From: Octopus bimaculoides
Taxonomy: Eukaryota
DNA: 38,236 bases
Direction of reading: 5' to 3'
NCBI RefSeq assembly: GCF_001194135.2
Contig: NC_068983.1
Span: 93,086,975 to 93,125,210 of the forward strand
Shown here: positions 11,085-23,000 of the stretch, piece after piece
Layout of the letters: each line of letters starts with the position of its first letter
Position numbering within the stretch: the stretch's first letter is position 1
Notes under the pieces: generated by a model
Told to the model about the DNA's origin: nothing
The model's input: only the letters and a program-made list of their open reading frames with translations
The model's database searches: none
Position numbers and translations under genes: made by a program

Positions 11085-14000
11085 CTAAAGAACAGAGAAA
11101 AAAGATAAATAATGTAAATGTAGGTGCAACTTTTGAAATATGTAAATGCATTGTAGTATATGACATAGTGTGTGAATATTTAATATTACTGTTTTAGTCA
11201 GGTTTTGCATAAAAGAAGAAAACAACTCTGTTTTTAAGGAATCAACACAGCATCAATAATCAATGTGTGGTTTGAAGATGTTACCCTTGGATTCTAATAA
11301 TGAATCAATTTAGTCAGGTCAGACAGTTGACATATTTCTCTTTAAGTGTCTTCTTCCTATTGTAGCATAAAAAAAAAAGATTCTTTATACTCTATAAGAC
11401 AGCTACAGTTAAAGGAAAGCTATGAGAAGACTTCATAGAAAATATTTCCCACAAAGTAACAAAAGTGAATCCAAAAGAACTCAGTCTTTAGTGGTAACAA
11501 TTAATAATAATATAACAACAAACTCAACTACTCAGCAAGATGGGAGAAACTTGTATACAATCATAGAAGTTGTTTAAATCTGAAAATCAATTAAAGAATT
11601 GCTTTTAAATTTCAATGATTCAACTCAAGGAGAAATGCTGTAAGAAATTCATTCACCTCCTTTATTATATTTAAACAAAAATTGGATGTTAACCAAAAGA
11701 AACCTTCTTCTTCCCAGCTAGAACTAAAAATAAATAACTTTAAATCTGATGTGTCCAGCATTCTACATCAGATCTAATATGATATAAATATTTAAATAAG
11801 GATGCTTCCTTCATATACCTTATAAAACTAAATCATAATTTCTGACATCTTATTTGAAATTTAATAAAAAAAAAAAATTTATCACCCATTTATAGATACA
11901 CTTGACTAGAAAAAAGCACACTTGAAAGAAATAAACTCATAAAAAAAAAATCATCAATCAACATTGGCTCGATAATTGATTTTCAGTTCATACAATATTG
12001 CACAATGTTTTCCATTTTATACAATATTACACATTATTTTTAGTTTGTACATTATTACACTGTTTTTTTTCCCCAGTTTATACAATATATAACAATATTA
12101 TTAATTTTCTTATTGGATTAGCAAGCTAAATGATTCAAAATATCTTACTTGCCTAACAAAATAGATACTTTTACCTAATATATTGTTTCTTTTGAACAAA
12201 ATGAGTTCAGATAAGCATACCTTTAAAATTAGATATTGCTATAAGAATGTTTAGACAGAAATATTCAACAAAGAAAATGGCATTGTGTATCAGTTCATTT
12301 CAATAGTACTTTCTTGTAAACATTTTAGTATATATTAATTCTTGGAGACATCAGTTATCAACAAGATTAATTCTTTTAAAACCTTTCTTTTCAAATACAC
12401 CAAAATGAAAGAAATATTACTTTCTATTGACAACAGTGAGAGTAGTTTAGTCATATCACATTAAAATATTTGTTCTCATCTGATCACTGATCTTAAATAA
12501 CATTCAGCCTGGTTTGTACTTAGAGAGCAGTAAAAACTCAACTCCAATAAGAATCTAAAATTTTCAGGTGAGTAACTGTGTGCATAATGTATCAAATTAG
12601 TAGTTTTGGTGGTGGTGAGTTCATATTTCATTGTTTGCTCAATTTTTAATTAAATAAAGAGGAATTCATTCCTTCCTTTTTCTTTCTGTGACATGGTCCC
12701 TTTAGAATTTAATGAAACCTATGAATCTCATCCCAGAAAAATCTATATGCATACAACATTAAAGTTGATAGCATCAAAGTTGACAAACATATCTCAAATA
12801 TGGAGGCCACATATGATACTTTATCCTCTATATTTATTATTTAATGAAGAACTAAATTTCAGAAGTTAGTATGAAAGTTATATTTCTCTAGTAAGCTCTT
12901 TGGATCCTCTGAAATCTATCCATGGGTTCCTCTGAGTTCTACTGGCTCCAAGTTAAGTCCAGCTGGTATTTACTCCACGTGTTTTGGAAACTTTGCTTGT
13001 AATAGACTAATACCCCATCCAAGAAGTAATCTGGAGTTTGTGTCTTTATTACTAACTTGAAGTTTATAAAAGAAAATGAACAGAAAGAGGTAGACTAATC
13101 TAATATCTAAAGATTAGTCAGCTAAAATTAATGTTTTCATATTTCAGAATACCACACAAAATATCCAGTTCTCCACTTGAGATAAGACGTTTTCTTTTCT
13201 GATGTTTAAATTTTCAAACTTCTTAATATTTCACCTCACACGCAAGATATTGAATGGTTACTTGCCAACTTACAATACATTCTGCCTATTCACAAAACAA
13301 GACTGGCCATTAATAGCATAGTATTTTCAGATCATCTTCCAAAATCTCTTGGGTTACACTAAAAAGCTATTATGTTCAGTTTTCAGTGACTGTTGTGTTC
13401 AATGACTGCAATTACAACTTTATTATTGTAGCCTTTTTCTCATTAATATGCATTATATTGACTTGTATTTTTTTAAAACAAGAATTATGTATAGTAGTTA
13501 ATTGATAAAATTAATTATCAAAGATTTATCTAATCTCTCCTCTCAATAAATGATGTAGCAATCTATAATACAAAGGTCAATGTTATGAGTTCACTTTCAA
13601 AATTGAGTTCGGAACATGCAAGATAAGTTTGTTCTATCTTACAAATAATCAATCTCTAAAGATACAAATCTAAGCCTATTGATTTCCTTTTAGCCTATAG
13701 CAACAACAATAATAATGTTAATAATAAGAGCAATGCTAGAAAAGAGTGGACTATTATATTATTAAAACCACAATAAAGAGCAGTGATAGAATCCATAAAA
13801 CACCAGATAAAATGACTTGTGGCATTAAATTCTGTTCTTTTACATTCAGAGTTCAAATTCTGCTGGTATTGATTTTGCTGTTCTTCATTTCATTGTCAAT
13901 AAATAGGTACTAGTAAAAACTCTTCCTCAAGAGGCTACAACTGGGATGTATTTTACCTTACTGTATCAGGAGTATTTGTCTTCCATCACTTTTAGTAGGC

Positions 14001-17000
14001 CATCAGTAACTTTTGTAGTTAAAGTGCAAGAGTTGATTTAATTGCCTATGCCCTTGTCCTCACATTTGTGATTTGTACCAGTGTTAAAAATTATCAATAT
14101 TATTAGGGCAGTGAGTGGCAGAATTCGTAAAGTGATAGAAAAAAAATAACTTGCAATATTTTGTTACGTCTTTTTATGTTGTGAGCTCAACCTCCACCAG
14201 AGTTCACTTGTGGGTTGATAAAATAAGAATCTATCAAATACTGGGTTGATTAAGTTGACTACATTTCTTTCCCAAAATGTGTGGCCTTGTGTCAATGTTG
14301 AAAGAAATTGTGTAGCAGCCAATCTTCTGATCAAACCATGGAAACCATGTTTTGATTGGTTTCTCAATTGATGACATTACCTGTCTGTCACATCTCATGA
14401 CAGAAGTATTATCATTTTTTCTTCTTCAACCATGACAAAAGGCGAGATTTAAAGTCAGATTGTAAAGAACCAAAACAGATACTGCAATACATCGTCTTTG
14501 ATGCTGTAACAACCCTGCCAATCCACCATCCTGGTCTGGTACTTTATTTGCTGATCCCGAAAAAACAAAAAGCAAAGTTGACCTTGGCAGGATTTGAATG
14601 CTGAGTGTCAGAACAAATACTGTAAAGAATTCTATCTGATGTTCTAACAACTCTGCCAACTTGCTGCTTATGAAAATCAATATTCTTTGTAATAATATCC
14701 ATTAATTATTCTGAGAACCTTTATTTAACACCAATTAGACATTGTGAGCAGGTAAAAAGAATATCAAGCTACAATTTAAAAAAGACACAGTAGCAAGTGA
14801 GAAGTGTTGACCACCTCACCTTGTACCTAACACTAGAACAGTTCTCCAATACTTGCCTTCCACAAAAGTTGAAGGGGTCACTTTGTACTTTCATCAGTAT
14901 TCACCTTGTATGCATATGTCAGCTTTTCAACTGAGCCTGCATCCTCAATAACGTGTGTGTGTGGGGGGGGGGGGTTGTCACATTAGATTGAATGTGGGAC
15001 TGGCCTAGCAGAATCTGTAGGGGCATAGAATTTTGGTTTAAGTGGGGCCCATGTTGATGGCAGTCTGTAACTAGCTGCTATTTTCAGGTGAATCCAATCA
15101 GTTCACTTGTACCAACACAGATTTTTTAGCGTAAGCACAAAACCTCAAATTTGATTGGGTATAGTTGGTTATATTGATTTCAGTAATCTGGTCAGGTTAT
15201 CAACAAGTGAAGAAAAAAAATTAAAATATCTATTTAAATTCATTTTAATGGAATAAAAATCTATTGCAGAAAATAAGGCAAACACATAGTGTTTACTATA
15301 TAGAAATATAACAAATAACTAGACACTTAAATCATAACACTTTACCTTTAATTTACTAGTTTGAACCCTATCAATGTAAAATTTGCCTGATTTTTTAGGA
15401 GGTGGGATAGTAGTAATAGTCATGATCATTACTAGTTCCTCTTTGACTGACTGGATTTACATCAGATATCACTGAGTAGAATATATCTGCAAGTCGATAT
15501 CTGATAGAAAGAAAAGGGCAGGCTTGGCAGGGTCATGGTTAGTATCCCAAATACTTGAAACAGAATGAACTTTACTAAATGCAGAAAAAAGACCACACAA
15601 AGAATTGAATAGAGGTTCTTTGAAAGGGAGATCTGTTTTGGTACCTGAAGCACAAAAAGGAAGAAACAAAACAAAACAAAACAAACTTAGCAACAATATT
15701 TCATACATCTAAGATATATATATATTTATGGGGATAATATTCCTAAACTCACAGCAAACCAATTCCATGGCATTTACAATTGATAAACATCATTTTATAG
15801 GAAGGGTTAGATCGAAAGATTTTATTTCCTTTCAACTATATTCTAGAAACATGTTATACTTAAGACTTTTCATCTTTCAACTAATCAATTAGAAGAAAAG
15901 AGTGAAAAGAAAGAGAACGTGTAGGTGTTGTAGAACAAGCTAATCTGATAAAACAAGATGTCGGCCAGCTAACTCAAATAAACAATACCTTGTGATAAAC
16001 TACCTACTTTTATTAGAGTTTTATTTAAAGCAATAGTGTGTGTGTGTGTGTGCGTGCGTGCGCGCGCACACACACTTTCTCAGATTTATTCAAATGAAGG
16101 AAGTGATAAATGTTGCTTTGCTTTAGTTGAAAAGCACTAAGTAGAAATCTAAAAATATATAAATACCATAAATACTTGAGGTTTAAACATCAATGAGAAA
16201 AGAAATTTACCAAAGCAGAAATTCTTTTGTGTTTTGCATTCCTTAAGTATGTCTTTTACTGAGTATTGCAGAAGTAATAAGCAGGGGGGATCCAGAACAT
16301 TTTGGGAAATTTCCAAAATTTCAATCTATTAAAAATATTTGGAATATTCAATTATGAAAATGCTTTTTGTAAATTACAGATGTAGTTCATGACTACATTA
16401 TTCCTTGTAAAATGTAGAGCTTAACCAAGCATTTCCATTTTTCCTTTGCAATGACTAAAATCAACTCTCATAGATAAGGATAGAACAAGCAACATAGATC
16501 AGGCACCAAATAGACAGCTAACCCCTATAATGAAATAACATCTTCAACTGTCATAACATTAAGGGTAGAAAGTTAACCAAAAACTGAACTAAAATCAATA
16601 CCAAAGTAGCAGTCTTCACTGTAAAATTATTCTACTGTGAAAATCTTTACATTTCCAAATGAAAGGTTTTCTTTCCAAGTTCAGAAAATACTTCAGCTCT
16701 CTCTACAAGACACACATGTGCTCTACATTACAGCACTGACAATATAACTGGAACAGTGTTATTTCTCAACAAATAATCATTCTGGACCACAGACACAATC
16801 TGACTTATCAGTAAGCCTTATTTACCAATATACTACAATCGCTACTGAATTGACATTCAGTATCCTCTTGTTCCTTCTACTCATATACTATGACAGTTTA
16901 TGTTTCTCCAAATGATCATATTGCCTACCCCTTCCATCCAAACTTAATCAATGCACCCATCCTTTCTCCTTTCCTCCTTTCTGGTATGTTTCTCCTGCTG

Positions 17001-20000
17001 AATTCCATACTGACCTTTTATCCAATCCTTCTGTCACAGATTTATAATGCTCATGATCTCCCCTACTTCATATATTCCCTTCATATATACACTTCATAAT
17101 AATATAACAAATATTATTGTATAGAAGATCAAGATAAATATAAGTTACACCAACCTCACCTTTGACGCTAATGATATAAGTGAATCAGTTTCAAATGAAA
17201 TCAAAACCAGCTTGTAAATTCAGACCACTGAGATTACAACCTAATACAACATCATCAATCTGACAACCAATGCATGATATTAAAAGCTATATGCAAACTA
17301 CTTTGCTACATCATGTTAGCAATGCAGTGATAGCAAAATATACCTTTAAGTATCATCATCATTATCATAATATCTTCCCCAGTTGGATATATTTGTTCAA
17401 TAGTAAACCTTTAATAAAATCTCATCTCATTCATCAAAACTAACATCTAACATTCCACAAAAACTAATCTATTTGCAATTTTTTCTTCTAGATTATCATC
17501 TATCTTAGATAATAACTTGATCTTAAGTTTTCTCCTTTTTCATACTGGAATATAAAATATGATTTTATCCTGTTCGAAGTTTAAACATCCAATTGAAAAG
17601 CAAAGAGAGAACTATTATTAAATCTCAAACTGCAGAATCTTATGTCTCTCCAACAACTCAATACTGATTACCTTGAATATGGGAAAGAACTAGTGTCTGA
17701 TCAGGAAAAAAAACTTTGCTGAATGATTTCAGCTACATATACTGCTAATGCAACTTCACTCACGGTAACAAAATAAACTTACCTGACAAGAATAAGCAGG
17801 TGTACCATGAATACTATATCTTGGCAGCTGTTGTTTAGCATCACGAATAAGTCTCAGATTGTTGAAAACTACATTTTCAATACAACCATAAAAATTGTGG
17901 CGAACAGTAATGCCAGGCTTAGTAAAGGTTGGCAAACCACCAACAAAAAGCTGAGAAAATAGAGCAGAAATTATTTACATAAAACAGAAATTATTTACAT
18001 AATAAAATAGAAATTATTTACATAATAAACAAAGCAAAAATACACATACACATACATCAGCAGAAGTGAAATTGGTATTGAATGCTTTAACTGTTCAGAA
18101 AGTTGACAATATTGATAATAGTTTGATAAATGTTTGAGAAAATACTTTGTCATTTCAACTTATAAAACATACCAAAATATTTACTTTCATTTATTGAAAT
18201 AGGTTTCTATAAATTTCAGTTATAAACAAGCTGTCAATTTTTCCAATCTAATATTTTATTGATGAGAAAAAGTATTACATAAATCAGGCTGGGAAGATGA
18301 ATAGTGGCAAAATGTATTTCTTTAAAGTTTTTTATAATTTATATGGGTGGAGGAGAGAGAAAGGGAGAGGAGAAGATGTCAGCAAGGTAGGAGTTAACAA
18401 CAAGTTCAGATAGGTATCCATCAGGGCCCTATTCTCTTCTCTCCCACATTATAGTTCTCTAGGCCATAACAGAGGAGTCTGTGGGCATTACTCTATGTCA
18501 ATGAACTAGTCCTTATAACTGAATCTATTGAAGAATTACAAAAGAAATTACAAGTGTAGAAGTGGAATTCAGAATTGTTTTAGTTGGCAGAAGGCAAGTC
18601 TCTGCCACCATCTGGGAAGCGGCCACATTTACTACAATGAAAAGGAACATGTAGAGATCCCATATAGTGTACCAAATGTGAGTTATAGTTGCACAAGAGA
18701 TGCAGCTAGATCAAAAGTAGGCTGGCAGAGAAGGACTTTGTATAGAGCATATGCATAAGCTAGTAATAGGAACACCCATGAAGTTCTTTTAAATGTTTGA
18801 AGGGCTCCTCAGAAGTAGTTGATAGCTTCTCATAGCTTGGGGAACTAATTAGCAGTGGAGGTAGGTATTCTAAATGAAGAGTTGTGTGTATAAACACATA
18901 TGATGATGATATATGTGAGAGAGTGCATATGTGTTTTTGTCATCTTGACATGAGATCACATGATATTTGTAAACAAATACCAGTCATATGAGCAGTGACA
19001 TTCATTTCCAGTTTTCTGTGAAACATATCCAGCCATGGAAAAACATTCCCCTTGTTAAATGACAGGAAGGGCATTCCAACTTAGCCATACAAAATCTGCT
19101 TCAATGAATTCCATCAGACCTGTGCAAGCAGGGGAAAATGGACAATAAAAAGATGTTGATCATCATTTGACTTCTGTTGTCTACGCTGGCATGGTTTGGG
19201 TGGTTTGACTAGAGTTGTCAAGCTGGGGAGCTGCACCAGCCTCCAGTCTGATTTGGCATGGTTTCTATGGCTGGATACCCTTCCTAATGCCAACCACTTT
19301 ACAGAGTGTGCTGGGTGCTTTTATGTGGCGCTACATGGGTGTGTTTTACATGGGTACGTTTACATGGTGCTGCACAGACTCTGCATGGGTGATTTTACAT
19401 GGCACTGCCACAAGTGCTTTACACCACCAGCAGGATTGTAAAGCACTCATGAAGGCTATTGGTACAGAGAACTATAATGTGGGAGAGAAGAGAATAGGGC
19501 CCTGATGGATATACATTTTGCCACTATTCATCTTCCCAGCCTGATTTATGTAATACTTTTTCTCACAACCAAGCCAATCAATAAAAGGAAAACAAAACCC
19601 ACAGGAAGAACGGGAATGAAATTAGAAATATTTGAAACATTGAGCTACATGATCAAATCTTTTTATGATAATACATATATATTAGTTGCAAATAAAGATA
19701 TAGAATTCTTAGGGATTTAAAATGTTTACAAAATTATTTTCTTTTTGTAACTCCACCAACACTAGATTTGGTAGAGAATTAAACAGCTCATAAATACTAA
19801 TTAAGCTGATACTGAACTCACTAAGGCACAAGTGTAGCTGTGTGGTAAGAATCTTTTTTCTCAAACACATGGCTCTGAGTTAGTTCCACTGCATGGCACC
19901 TTAGGTAAGTGTCTTCTGCTATAACCTCAGGCTAACCAAAGCCTTGTGAATGAGCTTGGAAGCTGGAAACTGGAAGAAGCACGTTATATATATGTGTGTG

Positions 20001-23000
20001 TGTGTATGCGTGTATATGTGTGCATCTTTGTGTCTGTGTTTGTGTTTGTCCCCCTCTACCGAATGACAACTAGTGTTGGTGTGTTTACATCCCTGTAACT
20101 TAGCAGATCAGCAAAAGAGGCCGATGGAATAAGTACCAGGCTTAACAAAAATAAGTACTGGGGCTGATTCATTCAACTAAAACAATTCTTTAAGTCAGTG
20201 CCCCAGAATGGCCACAGTCTAATGATTGAAACAAGCAAAAAATAAAAGATAACCTTGTAGCAATTGAGTGTCATTCTTCTAGTATAACTACCACCTTTGT
20301 TTTGATCAAACTGATGTATGATGACAGTTATTTTAGCTGTGACCATCATCCCATTTTTTAAAAAATAGTTTATCTCCAACACAATTATTCAATGTACATA
20401 TTTGTTTTTAAGACGGTAGAGCATGATATAAGGGAGAAATGAGTAATATTAATAACTGGTCAAAGGATCTTGTTTAAACTCCTTTATTACTGATGAAAGG
20501 TACCCTACTAATGGTAGATATATACAGGAAAGAAGATTCGGAAAAATCATGTTGTCTTGGTTCAAGAATGGAAAAGGCTTCTCTTATGAAAGGTTCCACT
20601 TCATAAATTACCTTCAGTTTTTGTTACAGTCCGCCACAATTTATTACGTTACCAGTTCAATCCATTCTGCTAATTCTAGTGGCCATCTTTTGTAAAGTCA
20701 TGAAGAATATGATAATGATACAAAGTAATATAAGAATACTATCACCATCAAACATCCGTTTTCCATGTTGACATGGAATGGATGGTTTGAGAGGAGCTGG
20801 TCAGTTGGTGACCTGCCCAGGCTACAAATCTGTGTTTGGCATGGTTTCTATGTTTGGATGCTCTTCCTAATGCCAACCATTGTACAGAGTACACTGGGTA
20901 CTTTTACATGATACTAGGACGGGTACTTTATATGTGACACTAGCACAGGTGCTTTATATGTGGCACTGGCATGGGTGCTTTATATGTGGAACCAGCACTA
21001 TGTTAAACAAGAGGGTGCTGACAACCAATCCTTGGTGAACTTCTACTTGTACACTAAAGTCATTGCTATACTCATTGCTGAACTTCACCATACTGACAGT
21101 ATCCCTGGACATGGCTTGTACAGTTCTCACCAACAACTCATATATCTCTACCTTTGGAGGAAGTGGGGGACTCTATCAAAAGCTTTCTCCAAGCCAACAA
21201 AAGCCAAGTAAAAAGGTTTAGTCTTGGTTATATGTTTCTCCTGCAGTTGCCTTATCAGGAAGATAGCATAAGTAGTGCATCTCCCTAGCACAAAACCAAA
21301 CTTCATCTCTACTAGGCTAACTCTCTTCCTAATTAGACAAAAAATTAACACCCTCTCTGTAACTTTCATGACCTATATAATATAGGTCATGATTATAATG
21401 GTGCCTGTATATGCTTTGATGGCTACAATGCCTACTACAATATAAATGTTTGTCTCATGATCTGGGATTAAATCACTTGTCAAGAAAAGTGCAATTCAGA
21501 AATATACAACTTGTCATATTTCTGAATTTAAGTTACCACTGATGAAACAGAAACAATGTCAATATATTACAGAATAAAGAAAGGCTTAAAACACTTCCTT
21601 ACCTTACTGTCAATGTCCAACCGAAAGAAATCACCATTGGCTTCTTCAATAGTCTCCAAACGGTCAACAATTAATGTGATTTTCTTCTTTTCACGTTCTA
21701 AGATTACATCATGCCACTGATGATCATCTAACATGCTTCCTCCCACTAGTGTAGTGGCTCCACGGCTCATTTGTGTTGAACCTGTCATCATTAAAATAAA
21801 ATTATATATTCACCTTCTTTCAAATCAGTTTCCTCCATTTCAATATAACTTTTTGCTATTATATTTCACAATAGAAAATTTAAAGACTTAAGTAGATGAA
21901 AACTAAAATATAGAAATTGATTTAACAATTTATAAAGCAATCTAATTTTTCAAAAGGAGTTATGTTAGAATTAGAAAAAAACTAATAATAAAGAGGTTTT
22001 TTTTACATATTTATGAATGGCATGTGAAAGCCATTAAAAGAATACATGAGGGTGTTGTGAGAAAGATTAAGAATAGCAGTGGGTTCTGTGAAAAATCTGC
22101 TATGAAGACTGGCATTCACAAGACCTCTATCTTCAACACCACACTATTTCATTATAGTCTTTTTGTCCCTAAAAAATTAACACTAAAGTTTAAAATTGGA
22201 AATTAATTTTATGTCTTGATGACTTGGTTTTCATTGAAGAGTCTGTTGAAGAGATGCAGAAACATTTTCTAAACTAGGAAAAATAGACCTGAGTTCAAAG
22301 ACTTGAAAGTCAACATGACAAAAACCAAAGTTCAATATAATAATATGGTGCACAAGGAAGAGCTGGAAGAAGTTCAAAAGAAGCTATTCTGGTGGCAATG
22401 AAATGGTTTTCTCTTTGTGCAAAAGACAATAGACTGTAAGAAGTGTAAAAAGTGTAGGACAGATGCATTGAATGTGCAAGACCAGTAGAAGGCTGGAAAG
22501 AAATGAGTTAAGTCTGATCTTTCAATGTGTAGTATTAACTTGCATGAAAAAAGGAGTACAAGTATGTTGGAAAAATATCAAGGTATTAAAGATATCAGTT
22601 GAAGTTAGTGGGAAAGATGAATGTATTTGTATGGAGACAAACAGTGAGTACTGTGTGAAAACTGTGCTAACAGAGGTCTGCAATAGAGGAAAATGAGGGA
22701 GGACGTGGAAATAAGTGATGAAGTTAGACCTCAAGAAGCTCAGCACCATGGATGACATAACTTTGCTGTGTAACAGAACTGACTAATCCATACCAATATG
22801 GAAATAGGGCTGTTATGAGAAAGATAAAACTGCTTAAATCATAGAATGTCTGATGAATGCATCTCAATAGTAAATAGGAAGTATTTGATTTTTAACCAAA
22901 TGCACTACCAAATAAAATGAGCATAGAAAAGATTAAGACAAAAAATGGTGGTGTCATAATGAAGGTGTTGAACTAAGAATATAATTGAGTGTATGTGTGT

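Noticed and set aside
11985-12105. Degenerate TATACAATATT-containing tandem units
   Set aside because: Low-complexity AT-rich and poorly conserved; no sign of function.
14426-14680. 84-aa minus-strand ORF
   Set aside because: It largely overlaps a decayed family B SINE and has no recognisable domain.
19824-19900. tRNA gene
   Set aside because: The A/B-box-like motifs belong to a SINE head; there is no cloverleaf and the downstream body is shared with other SINE copies.
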